Part shown: piece after piece, positions 1-15,348 of the stretch
How positions within the stretch are numbered: the first letter of the stretch is position 1
Layout of the letters: each line of letters starts with the position of its first letter
The notes under the pieces: generated by a model
Databases searched by the model: none
Told to the model about the DNA's origin: nothing
Seen by the model: only the letters and a program-made list of their open reading frames with translations
Translations under genes and position numbers: made by a program
Assembly: GCF_009914755.1 (NCBI RefSeq)
Contig: NC_060944.1
Length of the DNA: 64,000 bases
From: the human T2T-CHM13v2.0 reference genome, Homo sapiens
Reading direction: 5' to 3' (one strand)

Positions 1-2355
1 CAGTCACGTAACTCCATTAACTCTTCTGGAAGGCTCTGAATTATGTAAGTCCCCTGCTGCAGCTTTCCTCCCCTGCAGCCCCATTTTGCCATGCAACAAG
101 GAAAAAGGCAGAGGCAATGAAAGCAAATGAAAAAAAGGAAAGATCTTTCCAATATGACTATTTATTTGCATTTTCTATGAGAAGTCTGGTGGGGAAAGAA
201 TTCAAACTGACAACACAAATGAGGGGCAGGAATCAACATTAGACTGAACTTACTCAGGCTCTCTGAGCCACCCCCAACCCTTGACCATCCTTTCCAAGGA
301 TAACTGACAACTACACACAACAAAGAACACATCGAACCTATTCTCATTAATAGGATTTGTGGGGGCAAGATAGTCCTAATTTATGCTGGCGTGGGCTGAA
401 CTATTGAAAATAAAAGGATGAACAAGAAGTTTCTTTCATTTCAGCTGTAACTGTCACTATAAATAGGACATCTACAAAGAGACTGGACTTTTGTGGGCTG
501 TTTGAGCAATGCCTGTGAAAGGTTGTAACAAAACCTCAAAAAATAAATTCTTATTTCTCTGTTTGTCGGAGGCACTAACCTAGATTTGCCATCACACCTG
601 TGCCAAGAAGAGAGCCTGCACCACTGCCTCTGTGTGGGTACCACTGAGGGGTTGGTAGCAGGGAGTATCAGCTGGTGTCAGAAAAGAGGGACACCTCCTA
701 CACTTGGTTCATGCTGTGTGCTGCTTACTCTCTTCTTCTCTCACCTACAGTCTCATAAGACATTATCCGACTCATTTTCATTCCAGTAGACTTGGTAGAA
801 GAAGTCTATGGGGAAGCCAGACAAAAAAGATAATTGAAAGCCATCTGTGAATTTCAAGCACAAATAGCTCTAAACAATAACTGGCACAAAGTATGGGCTT
901 AGTAAATGTTTGTCCGACTCAACTGAAGTCAGTGTGCAAGTTTTTGTTGTGGAGCAGACATGCCTTGGTCTCAAGGCATGCTCGTGCACCTGCAGGTTTG
1001 CCATACTTGAGATAACCAACATCCAGGTGGGCTTTTAAGCCATGAGGAGAATGGACCTAGCCATAAGCAAATGTGGGACAGGTAAATTCAGGTAGGTGGC
1101 ACAATCTGAAGAATTGTCGGGACTGTTCTATTTCCAGGCTCTTGCAATTCTACTATTAGTGGATCACTTCTGGGAGCAAATGTTGCCTTCCCAAAATAAT
1201 TCATCTGGGGAGCAATTTCCATAAGATCTCATATTTTTAGGCATTTAGGACTTTTCTGTTTGTTTTCATATTCTTTAATATGCTTAATTCTCAAATTGTT
1301 TGTTTTCATCTAGATGGAATCTTTACTGGTAACCACTGTACAGGTGAGGAAATTGCCATCTTGACTTTGAGGGAAATGCTTTTTAGAAATTTGACTCAGG
1401 TGTTCCAGGACAGGTAGTGTGTAGGGTGCTGATCTATTTTGCAGAACAAGTTCTCTCACTGGAGAGGTAGATTTGTGGGAAGCCTCAGACCTCTTGGGTT
1501 GGGAACTGAAAGCAGAATCTATCTAAATCTCCAAAAAACTTTGCACTCTGCATATGGTTCATTATGAATAATTTAGTAAAGTATTCTTAAATTCAAAACA
1601 GAACCTGCACCCCAAAATGATGGATGGATCTTAAGAACACTTGATGAAGGCAATGTCTGCACACTCTGACAGAAATGCTTTCAATGCAGCTTTCTTTTCA
1701 ATCACTTGGCAGCAAATGTCCATGTTTGCAATCTCATCAGGGAGACTAACACTTGTGTCTCCTGCTGATCATGCCATTGTGCAGACAGACTTCATCAACA
1801 GGCTTGATTGAACGTTCTGATTGGAAATTTTCCTAGAAAGTTTCTGTGCAGAACATGTGGATACTGCCTTGCTTTCAAAACATTTGTCTACACATAGGCA
1901 GAAACCAGTGGGCTTAGAAGGAAGAATTGAAAGAATTGTTGCCAAGCCTACGTTCTTGAAGTAATGCAGCATAACTACAGGAGACAGCCCTTAAGTATAC
2001 TGAAGAGGCATTTCTTAAGTGTGCTAAAGAAGCAGATCTTGTCCAAGATATTCCTTGGGCAACATCTGCTCAGTAAGAATTCATCTTTTGATCCGTTCCT
2101 TCAAGGATTCTTTACTTCATCTCATTTCTTGGCTTCTATTTTGGCTTGACCTGAAATAGTGGTTTCCTCTGTTAACATTACATCTTCAGCTTCCTCCACC
2201 TAGGCCTGCTTCCCCATTGCCCTCTTTCTAACACTGGGGATCCAAAAAGAGTTCTCAATGTCTCTCTGAAATTTCCTGATGGAGAACATGATACTTTACA
2301 AAGAAAGCAGCACAGAGTTAGGAAAATACTGCTCAGAAAGCTTTTGTTTCTTGAC

Positions 2356-2890
2356 TGCATCAGTTATTTATTCTGCAAAACAACCATCCCAATTTAGTGG
2401 CTTAAAATGGCACCCATTTTAGCTCATGATTTTATGAACTGGCAGTTAGGCTTGGCTCAACTGGGTGATTCTTCTGGTTTCTACTGGGTTGGCTCAGAGA
2501 TCTACAGACTTGTGCTTATCAACTGGAAAATCATGTACAAGGGGGTCTAGCTAGTCTAAGATGCTCTCACTCAAATATCTCATGGTTGGCTCACTGTTAC
2601 CTGGGATGATGAGGGTGAATGAACCACGTGTTTCTCATTCTTCCACAGGATAATCTGGACTTTTATGTATGGCAGCTTAAAACAATTCTGAGAGGATAGA
2701 AGCATATAAGTGCTCTTGAAGCTCTATTCAAAACTAGTATGTAAATTCCACCTCATTCTATAGGCCAAAGAAAGTCAAAAGGCCAACCCAGAATCAAGAC
2801 TTGGGGAATTAGATGTCTTGATGGGAGTTGCTGCAATGGAAGGTGGTTACAGAGATGAGTGAAGAATTGAGGACATGTTTACATGACTCA
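2356..2890 (-). mobile_element. Old MaLR solo LTR (MLT1F/G/H-like)
   Basis: Starts TGCATCAGTTATTTATT..AATTTAGTGGCTTAAAA and later has CATTCTATAGGCCAAAGAAAGTCA, typical of reversed MLT1; boundaries approximate. Confidence 0.65.
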
Positions 2891-4031
2891 GAGGAAGTTT
2901 ATTGACTAGAGAACAGAACCTACTTACCTAAATACAGACTTATTTCCTGACCCCATGCACCTCATTCTTTGCCCTTTGAAACTCCAAGAGAAGTTCAAAG
3001 AAGTCAGGGGACTTAACACAATTCCATCTGAATGAATTAGCAAAATATGGGTCAGAGATAACTGTGTTTTTCCAAAAGGTGGAGTTTATCATTAATGATC
3101 TCACAGAGCATGGAGAGCTCTAGATTATGCCATACAAGACTAAACAAAACCCCTGATCTAGCTATCACAAAGCCTTGGCATATAAGGACTTTTTCACTTT
3201 AGTCACAAAATATGCTTCATCTAGCACTTGTCCTTACTAACTAAGCCTTTCAGCATTGTAGGCTTTTTGATCCTATTGTATTCTGGATCCCTGCCCTTCA
3301 GGGTCAGCTCTGGGATGCCCAGATGTTTAATCAAACTCAATATATGAGGGCTATCAACCAGTCTAAATAGAGAGGCAGATGGAACAAAGACAGATTAGGG
3401 AGGCTTGTTGAAATTTGGCTTTGTTTTTTTTTGCCCTTCACAGTACAATTGTGTTCTCAAGACTAATGAATGATATTTTCCACAATCATCTAGACTGAAG
3501 GAGGCAGAGAGGAGTATAATCAACTTCTGTATTATCCTCAGCTATTCCAGTGACTGCTTCTCCAACATACTGATTCAGATGGGCCTGGCTCTTCCACATA
3601 AGGACCAGAACTCTGTACATACGGTCTCCAAAATAGCATCCTTTATCCATCCTCCATTCACTCTCCCTATACTGACAGTTCTGTGACTGCTTACTTCATT
3701 TCTACAGGGTTTGCCTGTCTGGACAAAGAATATCTGACTGAGGCCCCCAGTTTGCTTTTGGTTATGAATGGTGCTACATCTAATTCTTTTCCACATACTG
3801 TCTCCTGTCAGATGAAAGGGAATAATCAGACAACAGAAAATGTCTCACAATTACAAGACATCAACCTCTATTACTTATAATTTCTGTAAAGTAACTGTCA
3901 TCCCATTTCTAAGCAGAATATCCCCTCACTCTAGTGGGGGTTTTACCTCTAATCACCTCATCCTACGGGTTTTTCCTCATGCCAGCCTCAATTGCTACCC
4001 TTTTTGAAAGGTGCTCAGCCAAGCTTTGTTT

Positions 4032-4345
<314 letters not shown>

Positions 4346-4352
4346 CAAGCTT

Positions 4353-4864
4353 TGTTTTAAAATGTAGGTTTTATAATGATTTAGATATGGTGAGACCAAC
4401 AGATAGGAGACAGCTGCCGTTGAAAAGATAGTTTATTACTCACAGTTCTCAAGAGGGAGCAGCTGTGCCCTTCAGCGCCACACCAGGAGAAGCAGCCGGG
4501 TCCATCAGGAGGCAGAGGGAGCAAGGGGAAAGTGTGGGTGAGAGCCTTTCTTGTGGTTTCCATGGGAAGAAACAGGCAAGGCAGGGTAAACAGGCTTAGG
4601 GTTTGCTAGTTTGAATGATCTCAGTGGGCTCTGAAGGGCCCAGGCTGTCCTGAGTTGTCTGGGATCTGGTCCTGGAATGATGAGGGCAAGGGAATATTGG
4701 CCTGGAGTGGAAGAGCTAAGGGAGGTAGTTGGGGTTATGAGCTTTGGACTGGTTGGTCTGCATATGAGAGGCATACTCTAGTTATTTTTTCTGTCTAAAG
4801 ATGTGCTAATCCTAGGAGGGGCAGTCTCTCCCTGGTCAGCAAAGCCAGAGCATCATTAATATAG
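4353..4864 (-). mobile_element. ERVL solo LTR, MER74-like
   Basis: Reverse strand ends ..AAAACCTACATTTTAAAACA and carries GCTGACCAGGGAGAGACTGCCCCTCC, matching my recall of MER74. Confidence 0.65.
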
Positions 4865-4914
4865 ATTCCAGCCCCTTCTAATAGGCCATTTTCAGAATGA
4901 AGGGGCTACTCACT

Positions 4915-5489
4915 GTCGATGGCCCCTAGTGAGTCCTTGCACATCGGATACCAGATACTCTTAAGACTTGGGGACCCTTCCTCACAATATGCAGAGTCAG
5001 ATGTAGCTTCCCAGCTCCACCTCCCTCTGTCCTTCCCTTTGGCTTCTCTGTGCTTTGTTTCAAATGGCCTGCACCCAGGACTCTATTTCTACAACTGCCT
5101 TTGGGCTACCAGAGCTGCTCTGCCCACTTACCCTGAGAGCTGTAAGTTCCTAGAGGGCTATGCATTCACCCCTCTCCTGGGTCCCTGTGTCCATTAGCCT
5201 AAGACTGGCTTATATAAAATACAAAAGTCCAGCTCCTTTCCCTCCAGTGGGGACAAACTCTGAGGCATGTGTAGCTTATGTTCCTAAGCTCCCCTGTGGG
5301 GTCAGGGTCAGGCTGAGGCTGAGGCCACACCTGAAATCATAGCTTCCACTGGCTTCTTCTCCTTCCTTTTCATGCCTGCCTGTCCCAACTCCTTTTGTGG
5401 TTTCTCCTAGGCACATTTCTTTTGAAAAAATATCACTACACATAAATCCCTATCTCAGGATCTGCTTCTAGGGAACCTGACCTAAGATA
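4915..5489 (+). mobile_element. ERVL LTR16-family solo LTR
   Basis: 3' end TCTCAGGATCTGCTTCTAGGGAACCTGACCTAAGATA is LTR16-like; 5' boundary approximate. Confidence 0.65.
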
Positions 5490-5795
5490 AAGAGGAAACC
5501 AGATGAATTTATCTGAACCATGGTAGACTCTTAGTGCATCTATCACCATCTGCAATACAAGTTAGTGTGAATCAGCTTTTTATATCATCTGCCTAGGAAA
5601 ATTGGTTTCCTAGATGGGTCTTGTGGTGTTTGATCTCTTGGGGAAACATCCTACTGAGAGTCACAGGGGTCCCTCATTATCCTATTCCCCCAGATCATAG
5701 CTTATTGCACCCATCCTGACCCAAAGTAGCCCACTGGTTGACATTTCAGCAGCCTGTGTGGCCAAGCCTGATAATATAGTGGACCAATGAGATGC

Positions 5796-6149
5796 TATAT
5801 TAGTCTGTTTTCACACTGCTGATAAAGACATACCAAGACTGGGTAATTCATAAAGGAAAGAGATTTAATTGACTCACAGTTCCACCTGGCTGGCGAGGAC
5901 TCACAATCATGGTGGAAGATGAAGGAAGAATGGCAGCTGGTGATGAGAGAATGAGAGGCAAGTGAAAGAGGAAACCCCTTATAAAACCATCAAATCTCAT
6001 GAGTCTTATTTACTACCATGAGAACGGTATGGGGGAAACTGCCATCATGATTCAATTATCTCCCATTAGGTCCCTCCCACAACACATGGGAATTATGAGA
6101 GCTATAATTCAAGATGATATTTGAGTGGGAACACAGCCAAAGCACATCA
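5796..6149 (-). mobile_element. THE1 solo LTR
   Basis: TATTAGTCTGTTTTCACACTGCTGATAAAGACATACC ... ACACAGCCAAAGCACATCA; 5-bp TSD GATGC/GATAC. Confidence 0.93.
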
Positions 6150-6898
6150 GATACATTTCTTGGGATTCTGAATTTGTCAAACAGAGGGACTAAAGCTGTT
6201 AACAGCAGGGTAGGCACTGAGTGAACTAATCCCACATTTCCTTGATGAAAAAACCCAGGGATATCATCATGAGTGTCCAGTGGAGCCCATTTTATTGACT
6301 ACACATCATGTAATGTTTTTGCTTCCATCCTTCCTGAGTGCATAACATATAGAAAAAGTGCAATCAAAATTGCCTTTCTGCAATCCTCTCACAAAACAAT
6401 CTAGACGACCCTCTGCCCTTTCCTGTTTTCCTGGCTACATTATCTTTTACTGTGAGAAAGACTTTGAACATCGCTTTGGGGGATATTAACATGTCCAAAG
6501 TGTGCTTTGTTTTAAGAAAATGTTAGGGCAGCTTGACAGACATTGAGAGACATGAAACTAAGGGAGAACAAAATACAAATTCCAGATACTTAATAGTAAA
6601 ATAGCATAAACTGGGCTCCACCTTTGGAGAAGAGGGACTGCAGGCTAGGGGGCAGAAGATGCTCCCAGCAATGACTCCCCTTGTACAGACCTGTCTTTTG
6701 TTTCTTTGCTCCTGCAGGGCAGAGAGAAACCCCTGGGAAGGAGAATAGGGCAAGGTGGATGGAGTGCTCTCATTTTGTGTTTTGACCTTTCAGTTCTTCC
6801 CTTTCCCTCAGGGTTTGAAAGGTACTTTGTGGGTGGTAGACTCTAAAGCCTAAGATTTTACTCATTTGAAATACTAGATACAAGAATATTTTCCCTAG

Positions 6899-7266
6899 TG
6901 TCCTTGTCCATTTAGGCTGCTATAACAAAATATCATAGATGGGGTGGCTTATAAACAATAGAAATTTATTTCTCACTGTTCTGGAGGCTAGGAAGTTCAA
7001 GATCAAGGCACTGGCAGATTTGGTGTCTGGTGAGGTCCCACTTCCTGGTTCATAGACACTGTCTTTTGGCTATAATCTTGCATGGCAGAAGGGACAAGGG
7101 ATCCCTCTGGGGTCTCCTTGATAAGGGAACTAATCCCATTATAACAGCTATGTCCTCATAACCTAATCACTCATGAAAGGCCCTGCCTCCTAACACCATC
7201 AACCTGTGGGGTGTTCGAATTTCAATATAAGAATTTGGCAGGGATGTATACATTCAGTCCTTTGCA
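6899..7266 (-). mobile_element. MLT1A-type solo LTR
   Basis: GGCTGCTATAACAAAATATCATAGA..GGCTTATAAACAATAGAAATTTATTTCTCAC ... CATTCAGTCCTTTGCA. Confidence 0.85.
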
Positions 7267-7319
7267 CCTACTTACACCCATTCTGGGTCTAATCAAATAA
7301 CTTATTAGTACAACAGCTG

Positions 7320-7808
7320 CATGCTCTATGCCATGGTCCCTTAATCCATCCCTGACTTATCCACAGCTGTGATGGGGACAGTTCCTGATGGCTCCATCAG
7401 CTCCCCACCTGAAGTACCTGCTTCTTTCCTTTTCACTGCAAGAAGTCTTTCTCCAGAGCCTCGAAAGTGTTCTCAGGCTACCTGTGATATGGCCAGGAAG
7501 TTGAGGATTTAATGCCACCAGGAGTGACCCTCAGCCAATGAAAATCAGAAGTCAGTAGATAAAGGCCTCAGTTTCTTCATTGCTCAGGGAACAGATCTAA
7601 AGCATGTTCTACGCAATACCATAGAGAGTCTCCATAGACGTGAATGCCAGTTATAGCAGTAACCTGCTCATTGGCACACCTTTTATTGGATTCACTTCTT
7701 TTCCTTCTTCTTTTCCCAACTCCTTCATTAGTGCTTTCCTGGAATCACTCAAAAATAAACTACTTGCACCCAAGTTCTTTTCTCAGGATCTGCTAATTAA
7801 CTAGGACA
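7320..7808 (+). mobile_element. LTR16/LTR33-family solo LTR
   Basis: 3' AATAAACTACTTGCACCCAAGTTCTTTTCTCAGGATCTGCT; 5' boundary approximate. Confidence 0.6.
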
Positions 7809-8825
7809 CTTGTGGTTAAGTGGAAAAATCTGACCCTTTTCTCAAAGTCCACTGACTTTGTCCTAAGACAATGCACTGAGTACAAGTTGAAATTAGGATG
7901 GAACAAAAATGCTGAGCCCGAGAAAGCCATTTGATAGCAGAGACAGTAAGAGAAGTCCAAGTTGCCACAACCACTACAGCCTATATGATGCCTTTTGCAA
8001 ATTTCAAAAATATTTTACTTCCTCAAGACACTTTTCACCTATTGAAACATTTTCTGATATAGAACAAGGCACATTATTGCCATATGCCAGGAAATTGTCA
8101 TAATAACTATAAAAATGTACAGTCTCTAAGATGTGAAAGGCTAACCCAAAGTCCCTCACTTTCACAACCGTATATGGTAACTCTGCCTTTACTTGGTTTC
8201 AGTTACAATTCTTGTTCCTCTAAGGCCCAGCCAGGCCATGATTCCTGCCCTTGAATTCTGTTGAGAAACTGCATTGCGTTCTGCCTGTCCTTAAACAGAG
8301 CTTGAATGGGTCTCTAGCCTTTAAAGAAACAGTAGAAAGAGTCCTAAGTCAATTATTACATGTAAGTCAGGACCTCCAGGCCAGTGGTGTAATCAGTTTC
8401 TAGCTCTAAAATTTGTTGAATAGATACTGATGAACTCCAGTTAGAAAACCGGTAGGATAACTTAGATCAAGGTCAGTGACACCAACTAATTATGTAGCAC
8501 ACAATTGTTAATGTAAATTAGGTGTTTAAATGTGTATTTCTTTATTTAAAAAAATATTTAGGTGTATTAGTTAGGTTTGTCTAGTGATAATGCTCCATAA
8601 CAAACAATTCCAAAATCTCAGTATCTTAAGGCAACTAACATTTATTTTACTATTACAGCTGTGGTTTGGCCATTTTCAGCTGGGTTTGGCTAGGCTAGAC
8701 CCCAAGTTGACTTCAAGTTCAGGTCTGCTTTATGTTTTTTGTTCCAGGATGTGGGCTGAAGGAATAACATCTACCCAGAGGACCCTCTTTTCATAGCAGA
8801 GGGTGGAGAATAAAAGGCCAAGTCA

Positions 8826-8962
8826 GGCCAGGTGCGTGGCTCACACCTGTAATCCTAGCGCTTTGGGAGGCTGAGGCAGCCCGATCAGTTGAGGTCAGGA
8901 GTTCAAGACCAGCCTGGCCAACATGTTGAAACCTCATCTCTACAACAACAACAACTACAACC

Positions 8963-9017
<55 letters not shown>

Positions 9018-9197
9018 GAGCTGGGTGTGGTGGTAGATGCCTGTAGTCCAACCTACTTGGGAGACTGAGGCAGGAGAATTGCTTGAACCCAGGAGGCGGA
9101 GGTTGCAGTGAGCCAAGATGGAGCCACTGCTCCAGCCTGGGTGACAGAGTAAGACTCTGTCTCAAAAAAAAAAAGAAAAAAGATTAATAAATACATA
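8826..9197 (+). mobile_element. Alu (AluS) with (AC)19 in the central linker
   Basis: GGCCAGGTGCGTGGCTCAC start; TSD AATAAAAGGCCAAGTCA/AATAAAGGGCCAAGGCA; (AC)n at 8973-9010. Confidence 0.96.
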
Positions 9198-9237
9198 AAT
9201 AAAGGGCCAAGGCAAGCAAACAAGTACATTTAGTCTT

Positions 9238-9365
9238 CATGTTCATAGGCTTGATTTACTCATTCCACAATGTATACCTGTTTCAAAACAGCATGTTGTA
9301 CACCACAGATACATACAATTTCTTGTCAATTAAAAATAAATAAATAAAAATTATATATAAAAAAG
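9238..9365 (+). mobile_element. L1MA-type 3' end fragment
   Basis: CATTCCACAATGTATAC..CATGTTGTACACC..TGTCAATTAAAAATAAA followed by an A-rich tail. Confidence 0.7.
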
Positions 9366-9740
9366 AAGTCTCTGCTTGGACATTGCCCATGTCAGGTCTA
9401 GTCACATTCCATTGACCAGAGAATGTCCTTGGGCTGAGTCTCATCTGAGAAGAAGTGTATCAGTGCCTAGCAAAGTGGGAGGCACTGCACAAACAGCAGA
9501 GTGTGCATATGTAATTCTATTCAATGGGGAGTAAAGAATTGGAAGTTATCACAAGGTGGAAATTCTTAAACATACCCTAGACAGAATGTCATAATAAACT
9601 CCAATGTACCCTATCACACAGCTATAACCATCACCTCATTATTAATCTTCTTTCACTCCCATATAATTTCGAAGCAAATTCTGGATATTATGTCTTTTAA
9701 AGGAAGAAAATGAATCTATATTTTTGAAGATGAGAGTTTA

Positions 9741-10244
<504 letters not shown>

Positions 10245-10660
10245 CTAGCTGAAATAATGAATACTACCAAAGATTAAAAGTAAATGCCCACTGTTTATCT
10301 AGTTCATTAATCTTAGTGACAAAAGTAAAAAAATAATTTGCAATAACAGAATTTTAAGATGCAAGCCAAAGTTACTTTGGACTAAGCTGTGGAGTAGAAT
10401 TACATCGTTTTTGGCCAAAGCCTTGCTTTCTCAAGACACTTTACTTTCATCTTCGGGGACATCTTAAAAGACAACCACAAAATAAACTTCAAGTGAGTTA
10501 CAAATGGCAAAGAAGAGCAAAACTTTAAAAAGTACCAAAATAAAATTGTCAGAGTGTGGTTAATAAAAGGAATCATCAGATCAATCTATTATCATGTCAC
10601 TTTTGACTCATACTTAAAATAACATCTCAGTTTATGAAATGGCCAATAGAAATCCATTTT

Positions 10661-10982
<322 letters not shown>

Positions 10983-11003
10983 TAAAGTCATATGCATGAT
11001 TTC

Positions 11004-11364
11004 TGTATTAAGTTGTTAGGGCTGCCATAACAAAATACCACAGAATGTGTGGCTTAAACAACAGAAACTTATTTTCTCACAGTTCTGGAGGCTAAAAGTT
11101 GAGACCAGGTTGTCGGCAGGTTTAATTTCTTTTGAGGCCTCTTTCATTGGCCTGCAGATGGTTGCCGTCTCCTTGTGTCCTCATATGACCTTTTCTCTGT
11201 TCTCTTGCATCTCTGGTGTCTCTTTTTCTTATAAGAACATGAGTCATATAAATTAGGGCCTCAGTCTTATGACCTCATTTAACCCTTATTACCTCTTTAC
11301 ATTCATATTGGGGGTGCTAGTGTCAACGTGCAAATTTGGTAGAGACACAGTTCGGTCCATAACA
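11004..11364 (-). mobile_element. MLT1B-like solo LTR
   Basis: TGTATTAAGTTGTTAGGGCTGCCATAACAAAATACCACAGA ... ACACAGTTCGGTCCATAACA. Confidence 0.85.
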
Positions 11365-11459
11365 ATTATATCAACCAGTAAATATTATTACAAGCTCTTA
11401 ACAACTGATACCAATACTAAAAATAGCTAATTAGCTAACAACATAACTAATAGTTAACA

Positions 11460-11610
11460 GGCCATAAGATAGCACTGACTATGTGCTAGGATCCTTTCCA
11501 TGTGCTTTACAAATATTCACTGCTTTAAAACTTAAAACAATCCTATCATGTTGGTATTATCAATTCCCCCGCCTTACAGATGAGAAAACTGAGGCTTGGA
11601 GAAGTTAAAG
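11460..11610 (-). mobile_element. MIR fragment
   Basis: MIR core TTACAGATGAGAAAACTGAGGCTTGGAGAAGTTAA. Confidence 0.75.
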
Positions 11611-11626
11611 AAGTAGGCCAGGTGCA

Positions 11627-11925
11627 GGCCGGGCACAGTGGCTCACTCCTGTAATCCCAGCCCTTTGGGAGGCCGAGGCGGATGGATCACGAGGTCAGGA
11701 GTTCAAGACCAGCCTGACCAATATGGTGAAACTCCATCTCTACTAAAAATACAAAAATTAGCTGGGCATGGTGGCACATGCCTGTAGTCCCAGCTACTCA
11801 GGAGGCTGAGGCAGGAGAATCACTTGAACCCAGGAGGCAGAGGTTGCAGTGAGCCAAGATTTCACCACTGCACTCCAGCCTGGGTGACAGAGCAAGACTC
11901 CATCTCAAAAAAAATAAAAATAAAA
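11627..11925 (+). mobile_element. Alu (AluSg-like) inserted into the head of the next Alu
   Basis: GGATCACGAGGTCAGGAGTTC diagnostic; flanked by duplicated AGTAGGCCAGGTGCA. Confidence 0.95.
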
Positions 11926-11932
11926 AAGAGTA

Positions 11933-12435
<503 letters not shown>

Positions 12436-12853
12436 AGTTAGAGATAAGCTTTTTTTTAAATTATACTGGAGCAGTGAGTTTTAAATTGCTCAAGAGACCC
12501 TGGAATTTTCAAGAGCTACATTAGGAAATTGCTGACAGGGCAAAAGAGAAGATAAACATTGAGATTCTCCCTTTCAAATATAGCATCTCCTTTATAATAT
12601 CTTTTTATATGTTACTGAGATTTGCTATGAATATTCACTTGAGAAAAATATTTCTTTGACTTTAAAAAATAAATGTGCAAACCTACTGTTTTTCAAGTAA
12701 AATTAACATAACTTCTGGATGTTTTGTTTTTTGTTTGGGGCATTTTTTCCCCCAAAATGGTACCTTTGTCTTTTCCAAATCTGATATATTCTAACTTTCT
12801 GTCTCCGTAAAGAATTCCCTAAGACTGGCTCATTTGCTTGGAGGACCCTCAAA

Positions 12854-13064
12854 GAGAGGTTTGCAAACTCTGGCCAATGGCCTACAGGCTTACTCTGTTT
12901 CTGTAAATAAAACTGTATTGGCATTGTCCATTAATTTACATGTTAGCTCTTGCTGTTTACACATTGCAGAGCAGGGTTGAATGGTTGTAACAGAGACCAT
13001 GTGGCCCAGAATGCCAAAAAATATTTTCTATATTATTTCCAAAAAAAAAATCTGTCAACTCCTA
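12854..13064. mobile_element. MER58A-like hAT MITE
   Basis: GCAAACTCTGGCC..GTAAATAAAACTGTATTGG..GTTGTAACAGAGACCATGTGGCCC. Confidence 0.75.
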
Positions 13065-14226
13065 ATCCCTATGTATCTGCTTCTGATTGCTAGAAGAATG
13101 GCTTAGAAACAAGTTGTCATGAAGAATTTTTTTTTTTAAGTTTAAAAGAGGAGATCAACTGGGCAGATCGATTTTCTATGGTCACTTTTAACTGCTTTAT
13201 GTCACTTGGAAAAATTGTCTTATAAAATAGCCAAGTTATCCAAAGTGTTCTTATTGAAGATAGAGTCACATGGGTTGTTGCTGGTAGTGATCTTTAATTC
13301 TGGAGAGATGAAAAAGACATGAAGCTTCTACTGAGACAAAGTCTATCAATATTTTTCTGCACTGATGACGACTCTTTTCAAAAGTGGACCTTGAAGCAGA
13401 AACCCGATAATTTCTTCCCTGTTTCCACATCACCCTCTTGTCAGTTCTCTTAACAAGTTACAGTGGTCTGCAATGTTAGAATTCCAGACAAGGCATTTAA
13501 GGCCACTGGACTCTTATAATAATCTACAAGGGTTTAGGTTGATAATCCCAAAATCAGCCCTGGAAACTTTAATAGAACTGCTGTGTCTTTGAAGTCATAT
13601 CTTAGCGACATCTTAGTCTTCCTTCGTGGAAAGTTGTCCATAAACACATTATCCACCTCTTGACCCTGGAGAATCAGTTCATTATTGCCGCCTCATTTTG
13701 CATTTTAAGCAGTTATTTTCTGTAGCTCCCAGATTCTTCCTGAATCACCAATAGTCATAATTCTTCCAGGGCCATGAAGGACTCAGGAGAGTGAAACCAC
13801 TTAGAAAAATGTTCCTCTCTGAAAGTTGAACTCTACATACTTAGTACTATAAAAATCACACTGTCAATCTAGCTGGTACGCATATCAGTAATATTATAAT
13901 TTCTTGCATTTTTCTTATTTACACTTTCTTGTGATGTGGATCATGTATGATTTTTTAAAATTTAGAGTGTCCAAAAAATTAAAAACATATTTTAAAAGAA
14001 AGATGCTATAACATAAAGAACCACATGAAAAAACAGGCGTACAGTCATATCATAGAAACGTCAACTTTTCCATGATTATCATGGTTCAGATTTTTTCCCT
14101 TGAAACCGAAGAGCCACATTAATAGTATGTTTCAAAAACATATTTATTATAAATGACAAGACAATCTCTTTACATATTTATAATGTCTACATCATTTATA
14201 TCTATTTATGATAATAGAAACATATT

Positions 14227-14636
14227 TGTCCTAGTCTCTTCTGCATTGCTGTAAGAGAATACCTGAGGCTGAGTAATTCATAAGGAAAAAAGGTTTATTT
14301 GGCTCCTGGTTCTTGCAGGCTGTACAAGAAGCATGGCACTGGCATCTGCATCCAGTGAGAGGCTTATGGTCATGGTAGAAGGTGAAGGGGGAGCAAATGT
14401 GTCCCGTGGTGAGAGAGGGAGCAAGAGAGGGAGAAGGATGCCATGCTCTTTTAAACAACCAGCTTCCACGTGAACTAATGGAGTGAAAATTCACTTATTA
14501 CCTCTGGGAAAGCACCAAACCATTCATGAGGGATCTGCTTCCATGACCCAAATACCTCGCACCAGGCCCGACCTCCAACACGGAAGACCAAATTTCAACA
14601 TGAGATTTGGAAGGCACGCATATCCAAACTATATTA
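14227..14636 (-). mobile_element. MST (MSTA/B) solo LTR
   Basis: ATACCTGAGGCTGAGTAATT..GGCTGTACAAGAAGCATGGCAC ... ATCCAAACTATATTA; TSD ATATT/ACATT. Confidence 0.9.
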
Positions 14637-14740
14637 ACATTAGAAACCACCTCCTTAGGAATGAGACATCCCTTTGGTGCAAACAAGGATCAATCAGTCA
14701 TTTTAGAGACTTTTTGAATGTGTAAAAACTGTTTGGGTGG

Positions 14741-14821
14741 TTAGGGAAGGCAATGTGCACTATCTTATTTGATTGAGGTTATCCACAGTAACCTCGGCAG
14801 TGTCTGGCGTTTGGTGATTCA
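14741..14821 (+). repeat. 81-bp unique-sequence segment duplicated at 17239-17319
   Basis: Ungapped alignment by eye, 72/81 identical. Confidence 0.9.
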
Positions 14822-14899
14822 TTTGAGACTGGTGTTGGTCCTGAGATGCCTCTTGACGATGAAGCAAGTTGATGTATGTCTAGGGCTTAAAGAATAATT

Positions 14900-15348
<449 letters not shown>

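Larger units (their letters stand above)
8563..9553 (-). mobile_element. Old MLT1 (I/J-like) LTR split by an Alu and an L1 3' fragment
   Basis: TGTATTAGTTAGG..AACAAACAATTCCAAAATCTCAGT; LTR sequence resumes near 9366 (CACATTCCATTGACCAGA). Confidence 0.6.
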
